Sequence record: NC_025447.1
Reading direction: 5' to 3' (one strand)
Length of the DNA stretch: 64,000 nt
A program made the translations under genes and the position numbers. A model generated the notes under the pieces. The model did not search any database. It was not told the DNA's origin and worked only from the letters and a program-made list of their open reading frames with translations. Shown one piece after another: positions 25,998-34,599 of the stretch. Each line of letters opens with the position of its first letter. The stretch's first letter is position 1.

Positions 25998-26393
25998 ATG
26001 ATTACTAAATTCTTCGCTACCCGTGAACAAGCTCGCATCGTTGCCCGTGAAGAAGGTGAAACATTTAAAGACATGGGCAAAGATGCACCGAAAGGACAAC
26101 GCTGGGCGGTACAGTTCAAAGAGATCTCTGATATTGTGAATTCACCTGAGCCTGTACTTACAGCAGCAGAACTAAAGCAAGCTCAAGAACTGGCTGAAGT
26201 ACTGAACGCTCAAGATGACTTTTTGAAAGGTTCTGATATTGAAGTTACAGTTAACGCAAATGCATGGACTCACGCGGATCACCTGGCAAACCTTAAGCGT
26301 CCAAGTGAACTGATTCGTAACCAGAAAGAGATCCGTCATGACCGTAAAGGAAACCGTGTAACAGTATACAGTAAACGCCGCCAGGTTATCTAA
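25998..26393 (+). CDS. Early protein, paralog of 13941-14207 with a longer middle segment
   Basis: Shared N- and C-terminal blocks; same palindromic AAAGTACTAT..ATAGTACTTT promoter type. Confidence 0.8.
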   Translation: MITKFFATREQARIVAREEGETFKDMGKDAPKGQRWAVQFKEISDIVNSPEPVLTAAELKQAQELAEVLNAQDDFLKGSDIEVTVNANAWTHADHLANLKRPSELIRNQKEIRHDRKGNRVTVYSKRRQVI

Positions 26394-26416
26394 TAACTTT
26401 GCAGTACTAACAACAC

Positions 26417-26441
26417 GGCGGGAATATTTCCCGCCTTTTTT
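26417..26441 (+). terminator. Intrinsic terminator built from the same hairpin as cassette leaders
   Basis: GGCGGGAA-TAT-TTCCCGCC-TTTTTT. Confidence 0.8.
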
Positions 26442-26455
26442 ATAGGATAAACAAA

Positions 26456-26710
26456 ATGATTAAGGTTCAACTATCAAACGATAATGTATTACGGGTACAC
26501 TATAAAGCTCCACAGAGAATCATCACAAAGGCCGTACAGCTTGCTAATGAGTTTATTAATGGTAGTCTATTGCCTAGGAAGTTAAGCAACGGGAAACTAC
26601 GTGTAATCGACGTAGACACTAACAATAGAATAGTGATCGAGAGTACTGGAAAAATTAATCTATATGAACACCAACAATACAATAAAAAAATAAAACTAAT
26701 ATCACGTTGA
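26456..26710 (+). CDS. Hypothetical protein
   Basis: AGGA RBS. Confidence 0.65.
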   Translation: MIKVQLSNDNVLRVHYKAPQRIITKAVQLANEFINGSLLPRKLSNGKLRVIDVDTNNRIVIESTGKINLYEHQQYNKKIKLISR

Positions 26711-26763
26711 CAGTACTCAAATGTTTTAGTATTATGTATCTATACCAACACAGGAGAAACAAA

Positions 26764-26982
26764 ATGAAATTATCTAAAATCGAAAAGAAAACTATTGATG
26801 AAGCAGTGAAGCACGGTTATACCTTTCGTAATGATTCACACTTCACCAGTTTTCAACAGGGAAACCGTACCATCAAAAAACTCATTGATAAAGGTTTACT
26901 CACTAAGGTTGATAACGGGAACGGTGTAGAATATCAACCGACAGAAGACGCATTATCACTAAAGAAATATTCTATTATCTAA
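26764..26982 (+). CDS. Early hypothetical protein
   Basis: Start corrected after AGGAG; promoter block 26707-26766 duplicated at 26983-27042. Confidence 0.7.
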   Translation: MKLSKIEKKTIDEAVKHGYTFRNDSHFTSFQQGNRTIKKLIDKGLLTKVDNGNGVEYQPTEDALSLKKYSII

Positions 26983-27039
26983 TTGACAGTACTCAAATGT
27001 TTTAGTACTATGTACGCATACCAACACGGGGAAAACAAA

Positions 27040-27282
27040 ATGATTACTTTAGAAAAACGTATCAAAGAGACTACAACGCTGGTGGAACTGTTAACCGTTC
27101 TTAAATGCCGGGTAACTCCATTCAGTACACCGGACTTTATCAACATGGTGGACGTTAACGGTCGCTATCGTATTGCGGTCGAACAAGGTACGGCAAAAGT
27201 ATTCAGTACTAAAAATACGCGTGAAGTATTCCACGCAGTTCAAGTAAAAAAAGTAGTTGCCATTGATAGTAAAGTACTGTAA
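27040..27282 (+). CDS. Early hypothetical protein
   Basis: Start corrected; duplicated promoter block upstream. Confidence 0.7.
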   Translation: MITLEKRIKETTTLVELLTVLKCRVTPFSTPDFINMVDVNGRYRIAVEQGTAKVFSTKNTREVFHAVQVKKVVAIDSKVL

Positions 27283-27313
27283 TATAGTTTCATTAACTCA
27301 AGGAGTCAACACA

Positions 27314-27898
27314 ATGCGTAACTATACTAAATTCATCCGTTCACTTCATGCAATGGAAACCAACAAAGAGATCCTTTCAGCTTGTCGGTTAGCTGGACTG
27401 GAGATCGTCGGTGCGGGTTCTTCCCGTATTGTATTCGCTTTAAATGATCGGTTAGTGATTAAGGTCGCGAATTGTGATGCGGGTGTAGAACAAAATGAAA
27501 CTGAATGTAAGGTATGGAATTTTTTAGATTATGACCGTCCGCACCTTAAACAGTTCTTTGCCAAGGTGCATATGCATTTATGCGATCCTGATAATCTGCT
27601 TATTGTTATGGATCGTTTGAGTACTGCAAGCAAAGGCAGTGTAAAGCACGTAACCGCATGTAATGAGTTAAAGTACAATATTAAACGTAACACTATTGAA
27701 CGCCATCACCATTTCGCTGATGCTCTCAATCACGTTGATGATACATTATCCACACTAACGATAAGAGATATCAGAAAACAGAATATCGGCCAGGATCGCA
27801 ACGGCTTGATTAAAGTACTTGATTACGGTTTAACCCGCAATATCTGGAATCAGTACTATAAAAAACGTGATGTTAACGCGATAACTATAACACGATAA
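27314..27898 (+). CDS. Protein-kinase-like (PKL/APH fold) enzyme
   Basis: Gly loop GAGSSRIV, VIK lysine, QNETE helix C, catalytic RDIRKQN, metal-binding DYG; AAGGAG RBS. Confidence 0.75.
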   Translation: MRNYTKFIRSLHAMETNKEILSACRLAGLEIVGAGSSRIVFALNDRLVIKVANCDAGVEQNETECKVWNFLDYDRPHLKQFFAKVHMHLCDPDNLLIVMDRLSTASKGSVKHVTACNELKYNIKRNTIERHHHFADALNHVDDTLSTLTIRDIRKQNIGQDRNGLIKVLDYGLTRNIWNQYYKKRDVNAITITR

Positions 27899-27907
27899 AA
27901 AAGATTA

Positions 27908-28000
27908 AAAAAGGGATTGACTCCAGTCAGTCCCTTTGCTATTATATATTCATTGAGAGATAACTCACTGACCCATAGGGTGCGGAAGTGTATCTATTAT
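27908..28000 (+). ncRNA. Terminator-overlapped promoter plus two-hairpin motif (copy i)
   Basis: AAAGGGATTGAC-TCCA-GTCAGTCCCTTT; TGAG-AGATAA-CTCA; CTGACCCATAGGGTGC. Confidence 0.5.
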
Positions 28001-28122
28001 ATAAGTATTCAGTACTGAAAACTATTTTATAAAAAGTACTTGCAAACTATCTCAATGAGCGTATAATGTTTTATATCGAGAGGGGGAAATGGTTCTCCCT
28101 GGTACTAAAAGGAATCAAGACG

Positions 28123-28344
28123 ATGGCTACTATGACCTGCGTTCACGCTTCAAATCTTCTGAATGATGCAGCATTTAAAGCAGGTGAAGAATATCAATGC
28201 TATCGGGATGAAAATAAAAAAGTTTTCGTCGTTGATGCTAACGGTTTCCATATTGAATTGCAATCCGGTTTCACTGGCATTGATGGTAAATCTGTATGGG
28301 GCGTCCAGGACGATAACGGCACATATCATTTTAAACGTAATTAA
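28123..28344 (+). CDS. Early hypothetical protein
   Basis: Start corrected to MATMTC after AAGGA. Confidence 0.7.
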   Translation: MATMTCVHASNLLNDAAFKAGEEYQCYRDENKKVFVVDANGFHIELQSGFTGIDGKSVWGVQDDNGTYHFKRN

Positions 28345-28428
28345 GTATTGACAAAGTATATCAGTACTGTATAATAGTTTACATCAAGGGGAGAATAGTT
28401 CTCCCCACCAATAAAAGGAAACAAAATT

Positions 28429-28701
28429 ATGTCCAGCTACTCCGCTACTATGATTATTAAAGATATGAACGGTAATCCTACTTCTGCTGGTGGATCATTT
28501 GGTAACATTAATTTAGATGGGCGGTTATCAATTGAATCAGCCATCAATGCAGCGAAAGAAGTTTTTAAGAATGAATGTACTGTAAGCAAGCTGGATTATA
28601 TGGGCTTCGCTATCGAGAAAACTAATCGTTTTGTGGACTACAAAAAACCACTGATGATTGATACTAACCTGAAAGCAAACGAAGTGGAATACTTATTATG
28701 A
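28429..28701 (+). CDS. Early hypothetical protein
   Basis: Own cassette, AAGGA RBS. Confidence 0.75.
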   Translation: MSSYSATMIIKDMNGNPTSAGGSFGNINLDGRLSIESAINAAKEVFKNECTVSKLDYMGFAIEKTNRFVDYKKPLMIDTNLKANEVEYLL

Positions 28702-28889
28702 CAGTAGAAGAAGTTAAAAAAGTACTGGCAGTACTACGCTATCATAATCATTGTAAGGTGAAGAATGATCCTGATTATCTTGATTCATCGCTGGAAGAGG
28801 ATACACTACAAGCAATAAGCCATATGCAAAAAATGCTTAAGCGTATGACCGAAAAGAACAGGCCGGACTATATCGGAAATAAAATTTAA
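28698..28889 (+). CDS. Hypothetical protein
   Basis: ATGA overlap. Confidence 0.65.
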   Translation: MTVEEVKKVLAVLRYHNHCKVKNDPDYLDSSLEEDTLQAISHMQKMLKRMTEKNRPDYIGNKI

Positions 28890-28972
28890 AAAGTACTTGC
28901 ATTGTAAGTAAAACAAAGTATAATGTTTTACATAGGGGGAGATATCCTCCCCCACTAATAAGGAGTACTAAA

Positions 28973-29197
28973 ATGGCTAACTTTGATGAACTGATGCGGG
29001 AAGTAGCTACCCTGGCAGAAGAGAAGAAATCATTTGATTCTATCTATAACACCGCTTACAGTGATTCAGTACTGGCATGTACTCAGGATCAAAAAGATGA
29101 ACTGATCGCCACCTATCATGAAGCATGGAAGTATTACCGCCAATGGGAGAAAGAAGAAAGCGAGTCTACCATCAACGGCATCAATAATCTAATCTAA
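28973..29197 (+). CDS. Early hypothetical protein
   Basis: TAAGGAG RBS, own cassette. Confidence 0.75.
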   Translation: MANFDELMREVATLAEEKKSFDSIYNTAYSDSVLACTQDQKDELIATYHEAWKYYRQWEKEESESTINGINNLI

Positions 29198-29271
29198 AGT
29201 TTTATTTCAGTACTATTGACAATGCGTGATAGTACTGATGTGATAACTTTACTAACTAAAGGGGAAACATA

Positions 29272-29529
29272 ATGGAACAGTTCACACAATATCGGGTAAA
29301 TCCTCAAGCTATGGCCTACGTAGAAGACCATAAAACGTTACCAGTACTAACACCAATTAAAGGCCATATCTATCGTGCTATGCAGTGGAATAACGCCTAT
29401 AATGGCTATAAAGCGGTATCCGCTGCAATGTACTTAGGGGATGGCGAATGGTTTGATCCAAATAATCCTGGTGCACTCGATAGTACTGAAAAAATGACAT
29501 GGGCCGACTATATCGAAGATATCTCATAA
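29272..29529 (+). CDS. Hypothetical protein
   Basis: GGGGA RBS. Confidence 0.7.
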   Translation: MEQFTQYRVNPQAMAYVEDHKTLPVLTPIKGHIYRAMQWNNAYNGYKAVSAAMYLGDGEWFDPNNPGALDSTEKMTWADYIEDIS

Positions 29530-29617
29530 AAACTATTTGACAGTACTACAAGATAATGTATAATGTTTTACATAGAGCGGGGGAATAGTTCTCCCGCACC
29601 TTTAGGAGTAAAACATT

Positions 29618-29818
29618 ATGTCAATCGCTAACGAATTGGTTGCAGTACTGAATGAAGCAAAAGCCAACTGCATCGATGTACAGATCAAAGAGCTTGGCAA
29701 TGGCTTGATCGGCTGTACTTGTACAGTGCAAACGGCTACCGATTATCGGGAAGTGGAATCACTCGAATCACTGGTACGGTATATTAAAATCCTGGTAGAA
29801 GATTGGAGAATCATCTAA
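29618..29818 (+). CDS. Early hypothetical protein
   Basis: AGGAG RBS, own cassette. Confidence 0.7.
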   Translation: MSIANELVAVLNEAKANCIDVQIKELGNGLIGCTCTVQTATDYREVESLESLVRYIKILVEDWRII

Positions 29819-29831
29819 CAAAAAAGAATAA

Positions 29832-29915
29832 AAAAAGGGATTGACTCCGGTCAGTCCCTTTGCTATTATATACGCATAGACAAAAACTAGCCCACTGGGT
29901 GCAGAGAAGTATCTG
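29832..29915 (+). ncRNA. Terminator-overlapped promoter plus motif (copy j)
   Basis: Near-identical to copy h; CTAGCCCACTGGGTGC. Confidence 0.5.
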
Positions 29916-30074
29916 TAAGATAGTTAATAACGGTGAGTAACTATCTGCTGGTGGATGTAATTCCAGTACTCAAAACTATTTCAAAAAAGTATTGACAAAG
30001 TATAGCAGTACTGAGATAATGTATCTCGTAGGGCGGCAATAGTGCAGCCCACCTCCAAAAGAGCGAGATATAAA

Positions 30075-30290
30075 ATGGCGTTAACCAAACAAGAAATTAT
30101 CGACCGTATCAAAGAGTCAACTGGCTGGTATGTTGGGGACCGTTTAATTGTTAAAGTTCTCGATTATTCAAATAATCCTCTTGCACCGGAACCAGTGGCA
30201 TACAAATTATCCTGGATATCTGCGTTTAGCGGTAAGCGTGAAAGATGTGTGTACTATCCGAACACCGTCGGGCTACAGTTCTGTAAATAA
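30075..30290 (+). CDS. Early hypothetical protein
   Basis: Start corrected; promoter block duplicated at 30309. Confidence 0.65.
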   Translation: MALTKQEIIDRIKESTGWYVGDRLIVKVLDYSNNPLAPEPVAYKLSWISAFSGKRERCVYYPNTVGLQFCK

Positions 30291-30390
30291 ATTTTAATAG
30301 AAAAAGTATTGACAAAGTATATCAGTACTGCAATAATGTATCTCGTAGGGCGGCAATGGTGCGACGGCCCACAAAGTTAGGAGATTCAAA

Positions 30391-30717
30391 ATGAGTACTT
30401 CAATCGCTATCGTTAAAGCTTTCATCCGTACCAATTTCGACCGCATTACTGTTGATGGTAATGATCGGGAAGTAGAATACTCTTTCATTGTTGCACAAAC
30501 CGCAAACGGTGCACGCTATATCTTAAATGACAGTGAAGCTAACCACTACTTCTATAATAAAGGATTACACTACATCCCTAGCGAAGTAGTCTACACTAAG
30601 ATGAATAAGCTGGTAGACAAGATTAACGCTAAAGGTACTATCGATTTACAGTACTGGAGCGAAACCGAACCAGAATACGGATCACATCGTTACCTGAATC
30701 CAGGAATTAAAATGTAA
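30391..30717 (+). CDS. Early hypothetical protein
   Basis: AGGAG RBS. Confidence 0.75.
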   Translation: MSTSIAIVKAFIRTNFDRITVDGNDREVEYSFIVAQTANGARYILNDSEANHYFYNKGLHYIPSEVVYTKMNKLVDKINAKGTIDLQYWSETEPEYGSHRYLNPGIKM

Positions 30718-30806
30718 AAAGTACTTGCATTGTACTTAGAATCAAGTATAATGTTTTACATAGAGAGGGGGAAATGGTTCTCCCTCCTAAATTAAGGAGT
30801 TTTATC

Positions 30807-31208
30807 ATGACCTTCTCAATCACTTCCTTCGCTGACGTTTTAGTACTGGCTCGGACTTTTGGTAAAGATGCACTGGAGTACGCTGTAAGTAATGGCACTC
30901 TCCAACCGGAACAATGCCGCATCATTGGAAACTGTAAACGTTGGGCGGTATCCAATACTATTGCACTAGAAAACTTCAACGATGGTAACAATGAGTATTC
31001 AGTTGATGCAGTATTCGAAGCCGTTGATCTTGGCGGTATCTATAACACTAACCTAAATGATGTGCGTATCGTTCGCACGGGGTTCGGTGCTTATGATGTA
31101 TCTATCCGTGAAGCTATGAACACCGGATACATTAGTAAGGACTTACTTGCTCACATCATGCAGCTATGGACGGAACGTAACGAAGCACGCACTATCTTAG
31201 GACTATAA
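30807..31208 (+). CDS. Early hypothetical protein
   Basis: Start corrected to MTFSITS after TAAGGAG. Confidence 0.75.
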   Translation: MTFSITSFADVLVLARTFGKDALEYAVSNGTLQPEQCRIIGNCKRWAVSNTIALENFNDGNNEYSVDAVFEAVDLGGIYNTNLNDVRIVRTGFGAYDVSIREAMNTGYISKDLLAHIMQLWTERNEARTILGL

Positions 31209-31276
31209 GCATTACACATCACCAAACATCATAGGCCGCTCTCTAGCGGCCTTAACTATATCAGGAGTACATACAT

Positions 31277-31486
31277 ATGTTCTATACAGTATACAGCGTT
31301 CTAGGTACTATTGCTGGCGTACATGATAACGTCGCTGATGCTATGCGTACAGTACTAACACAAGTCCCCCTCAAGCCTAAGACTGTTAAGCAGATGACAG
31401 CTAGACTTACCAGGGCTGGCGATGGCGTGGAAGTATGGCAGGACTACGGGGATACACAGATAATCGTTAGCGTAACGAAGGATTAA
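31277..31486 (+). CDS. Hypothetical protein
   Basis: AGGAG RBS. Confidence 0.7.
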   Translation: MFYTVYSVLGTIAGVHDNVADAMRTVLTQVPLKPKTVKQMTARLTRAGDGVEVWQDYGDTQIIVSVTKD

Positions 31487-31514
31487 TGCGTAAAGGGATC
31501 TAGTACTGATTCAG

Positions 31515-31580
31515 AAAAAAGTCAAGGCGTTTTTAAAATTATGCGTTAAAAAAATGCATAGGTAATCCCTTGACTTTTTT
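31515..31580. repeat. 13 bp perfect inverted repeat at the early/middle block boundary
   Basis: AAAAAAGTCAAGG (31515-31527) and CCTTGACTTTTTT (31568-31580). Confidence 0.7.
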
Positions 31581-31735
31581 GAAATAAAAGGGATTGGACT
31601 ATGGCAAAATGCGTGGGGGGCTAAAGTGCGGGTAACCTTAGCGACTTCGATAAAGGGGTATTACGAATAAAATGTTATTGACTTTTTATACAATTCATAT
31701 ATTATATGATTGATATTATTTTCAAGGGAGTCCCT

Positions 31736-31933
31736 ATGCGTATTTTAACTCAAGCAGAACACCACGAAAGACTTATCAATAACATGGCTATGATAATGTA
31801 TAAGTCACATGAACGTGGTATTGCCTATAAGCGTGAATTAATTATGGCACTATTCATTGGAACTAACTTTCAGGAAAGGTATGTCAAGGATTGGATTTGG
31901 TATTTAATTGAAGATGTAACGAGTAAACTATGA
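31736..31933 (+). CDS. Family B small protein
   Basis: GTNFQE; start corrected after GGGAG; TTGACT promoter at 31678. Confidence 0.8.
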   Translation: MRILTQAEHHERLINNMAMIMYKSHERGIAYKRELIMALFIGTNFQERYVKDWIWYLIEDVTSKL

Positions 31934-32130
31934 AAATGCGTAAATTAACCGAAAAAGAATATCAAGCACTGTTACGTAAAAACTTCACAAAGATTTATAA
32001 TACAGACTCACACGTAGAACGAATGGAGTTATACCTTTTGATTACATTGGGAACTAACTATCAGGATGCATGGGTAACGAAATATGTGGATACATTGAAA
32101 AATGAAATTTTGTCCACGAGGAAACAATGA
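31930..32130 (+). CDS. Family B small protein
   Basis: GTNYQD. Confidence 0.8.
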   Translation: MKMRKLTEKEYQALLRKNFTKIYNTDSHVERMELYLLITLGTNYQDAWVTKYVDTLKNEILSTRKQ

Positions 32131-32336
32131 AAACTATAACACGAACCCAATCATTCGGACTTATCTTGTAATACATGGACTTAATGGTGGATATCAGCAA
32201 AGACCTGCCTAAAACTGCAATTGAAGTTGCAAGAGCAGAGATCCGCATGTTGGCTGTACTGAACACAAACCATCAGGAAGAGTATGTTGACGATTGGATT
32301 CGATTTTTAATAGAAGATATTAAGAGTAAACTATGA
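32127..32336 (+). pseudogene. Family B member with in-frame TAA at codon 15
   Basis: MKTITRTQSFGLIL*YMDL...LNTNHQEEYVDDW...IKSKL; ATGA overlaps at both ends. Confidence 0.75.
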
Positions 32337-32545
32337 TTATATTAACACCTGAAGAATATAAGAAACGTTTTAAATCTGTCCAGGCTGAAATATTACTTAT
32401 ATACCTTTCAAATGCAGATCTTAACTTATCAAGGGTAATGGAGAAGGATTTACTTATGGGTGCATTTTTGGATACAGACTTTCAGGAGTATTATGTAGGG
32501 GAATACTTTATTGCACTTCAGAACCACATTAAGAGTAAACTATGA
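32333..32545 (+). CDS. Family B small protein
   Basis: DTDFQE. Confidence 0.8.
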   Translation: MIILTPEEYKKRFKSVQAEILLIYLSNADLNLSRVMEKDLLMGAFLDTDFQEYYVGEYFIALQNHIKSKL

Positions 32546-32757
32546 TTATTCTAGAAAAATCATATCAATATACTGAACGCATCGCTGCCAGACAACTTGA
32601 AATCCTCATAATATACGAAGATACTTCTGATTTAAACTTAGCTGAGGTATTGGAAAATGAAATACTTTTGGGTGCATTCTTGGGAACAGACTATCAGGAG
32701 TATTATGAGGAAAAGTATTTGTCATCTCTTGAGAAATACATCAGGAGCAAATTATGA
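32542..32757 (+). CDS. Family B small protein
   Basis: GTDYQE. Confidence 0.8.
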   Translation: MIILEKSYQYTERIAARQLEILIIYEDTSDLNLAEVLENEILLGAFLGTDYQEYYEEKYLSSLEKYIRSKL

Positions 32758-32990
32758 AAGTCATTACTGACTTTGAATATAAGGCTCGCTCAGTGAGTGC
32801 AGCGAAGAAAGAGAACACCATCTACCTCACGATGCAAGACATAGAATGGGATAAAATTGAAGAGATGGTTGCTGAAGTATGGCTTGACGCGTTCATGGAT
32901 ACACAGTATCAAAATACGTTCATAGGTAAGTATCTAAATGTTATTATGAAGCACATAGAAAGGAAATCAGCAAATGCGTCACTTAAATGA
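32754..32990 (+). CDS. Family B small protein
   Basis: DTQYQN. Confidence 0.8.
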   Translation: MKVITDFEYKARSVSAAKKENTIYLTMQDIEWDKIEEMVAEVWLDAFMDTQYQNTFIGKYLNVIMKHIERKSANASLK

Positions 32991-33231
32991 TGATGAATAT
33001 TCAAAAAGAGTCAAAAAACTTACTCCGAATGCAAGACTAATCTACGATGACGGTGAACTTTCATGGAACGAGATGAAAGTGAAAGTTCATGAGCTATGGT
33101 TGCTGTACTTTATTGGGACTCAATATCAAGAGAAATATTGCACAGACTTCATAGAACAACTAATGGAACTTATACAGGAAAAAGTAAATGAAAGCATCAT
33201 CGCAAAATATAAAAACTTTATCAAGCACTGA
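32974..33231 (+). CDS. Family B small protein
   Basis: GTQYQE. Confidence 0.8.
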   Translation: MRHLNDDEYSKRVKKLTPNARLIYDDGELSWNEMKVKVHELWLLYFIGTQYQEKYCTDFIEQLMELIQEKVNESIIAKYKNFIKH

Positions 33232-33460
33232 GTATCAAACTGCCCTCTTCTCCCTTCTAAACACTCTCCGCACGAACAATAAACTTTATAATTCCCGTGA
33301 AGCTGATATCGTCAACGGTGATGTGTTTCTTATGAAATTTATAGGAACGAACTATCAAGAAATGTTTGTTCTACGATACATCTCTGCACTGAGAAATCAA
33401 GTTCAAGAAAAAACCCGCCAAGCCCAAAGAGAATGGAAGAGACAATGCAACAAAGACTAA
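33188..33460 (+). CDS. Family B small protein
   Basis: GTNYQE. Confidence 0.8.
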   Translation: MKASSQNIKTLSSTEYQTALFSLLNTLRTNNKLYNSREADIVNGDVFLMKFIGTNYQEMFVLRYISALRNQVQEKTRQAQREWKRQCNKD

Positions 33461-33696
33461 ATCACAAAATGTATTTTAAACTATTACAGAATCTGGGACA
33501 AAAACACTATGATACAGTATCTGAAATATTACCCTATGATATCATGCGTTTAATTCATAGTGAGGCAGAGATGCTTGTACTGATGACAGGCACTGATAAA
33601 ACAGCAATTACCAAATCTATAGATATGTTCATCGATGCACACTGCCAACACATTAGAACCGAGATATGGAGACGTGAGAATGAAAATCCTGACTGA
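33445..33696 (+). CDS. Family B small protein (divergent)
   Basis: EMLVLMTGTDK. Confidence 0.65.
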   Translation: MQQRLNHKMYFKLLQNLGQKHYDTVSEILPYDIMRLIHSEAEMLVLMTGTDKTAITKSIDMFIDAHCQHIRTEIWRRENENPD

Positions 33697-33895
33697 GCAT
33701 GAGTATTACAATAGGTTAAGAACTATACAAGGAAAAGTCTCGTGGACTTTTTTAGATAATTCTATTGCAGAAGCGGACCGATGTGTTATAATAGCTGAAA
33801 TGAAGCTATTACTCTTCATTGGGACAAACTATCAAAGTATCTACATAGACGCATGGTTAAGCAGCTTACGTCTGAAGTCGGTGAGTTTAAAATGA
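33680..33895 (+). CDS. Family B small protein
   Basis: GTNYQS; start corrected. Confidence 0.8.
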   Translation: MKILTEHEYYNRLRTIQGKVSWTFLDNSIAEADRCVIIAEMKLLLFIGTNYQSIYIDAWLSSLRLKSVSLK

Positions 33896-34110
33896 GAAAA
33901 TTAATAGGTTTCGAATATGTTAAGCTTCTACAAACCTGTGGAATCAGAAGGAGAATGATTCAAAAGGATAAAAGAATTGCCGAAGAACGAAAGTATATAA
34001 TGATAACTGAACTTTATGTCTTAACACTCTTAGGCACAAACTATCAACACACTTATGTAGACCTATGGATCGATGCACTACAGAAAGAGGTTAAAAGTAA
34101 ATGCAAATGA
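33892..34110 (+). CDS. Family B small protein
   Basis: GTNYQH; start corrected. Confidence 0.8.
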   Translation: MRKLIGFEYVKLLQTCGIRRRMIQKDKRIAEERKYIMITELYVLTLLGTNYQHTYVDLWIDALQKEVKSKCK

Positions 34111-34331
34111 TTATTTTAACTTACATTGAATATCAAAAACGTTTAAATGCATCCAGAGACATAAGGATTCAAATATTCAATAACAAAAGATTGAAGCCTG
34201 ATATCAGGAAAATCAAAATCATAGAAGCAGAGTTGTGCAACTTTCTAGGGACGAACTATCAGGCAGGTAAGGTAGAAAACTATCTTATAGAACTCATGAA
34301 TAGTATTGAAAATAAATGTAAGGGTAATTAA
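34107..34331 (+). CDS. Family B small protein
   Basis: GTNYQA. Confidence 0.8.
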   Translation: MIILTYIEYQKRLNASRDIRIQIFNNKRLKPDIRKIKIIEAELCNFLGTNYQAGKVENYLIELMNSIENKCKGN

Positions 34332-34332
34332 C

Positions 34333-34599
34333 ATGAAAATGATCAATTTAAGTAAAGATGAATATAACGAGCGACGTGCAAAAATCTCAACTAAACGCAC
34401 CGAAATCTATTACAGCGAAGAAATCAAACACGACAAGAAGATGATTATGATACGTGAGTTGATAATGGGTGCTATGCTAGGAACTAACTATCAAGAACAA
34501 GAGGTACAACTCGTATTAAATGAATTACTAATGGAAATCAGAGGTAAGCTGTACTTTCATCAAATGACCCGCCCACTAAGGTGTACTAGGAATGATTAA
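34333..34599 (+). CDS. Family B small protein
   Basis: GTNYQE; start corrected. Confidence 0.8.
   Translation: MKMINLSKDEYNERRAKISTKRTEIYYSEEIKHDKKMIMIRELIMGAMLGTNYQEQEVQLVLNELLMEIRGKLYFHQMTRPLRCTRND

Larger units (their letters stand above)
13046..30830 (+). repeat. More than 30 repeated early-promoter cassettes (A-rich UP + TTG(C/A)(A/C)A-16/17-(T/C)ATAAT + ACATC + GGGGAGAA-N3-TTCTCCCC hairpin + RBS)
   Basis: -35 boxes e.g. at 13077, 13538, 14215, 14776, 14894, 15868, 16460, 16928, 17402, 18228, 18462, 18758, 18999, 19293, 20462, 21058, 21492, 21805, 23196, 23613, 24748, 28040; leader hairpins e.g. near 13578, 14256, 15908, 16499, 18797, 21530, 23653, 25151, 28387. Confidence 0.9.

Noticed and set aside
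13046-31208. CRISPR array suggested by recurring 30-70 bp repeats
   Set aside because: Repeats are promoters and hairpins separated by whole genes of variable length; no constant repeat-spacer period and no cas genes
32169-32171. Stop-codon reassignment (alternative genetic code)
   Set aside because: Only one in-frame TAA found; TAA, TGA and TAG all end genes normally, and coding density under code 11 is high
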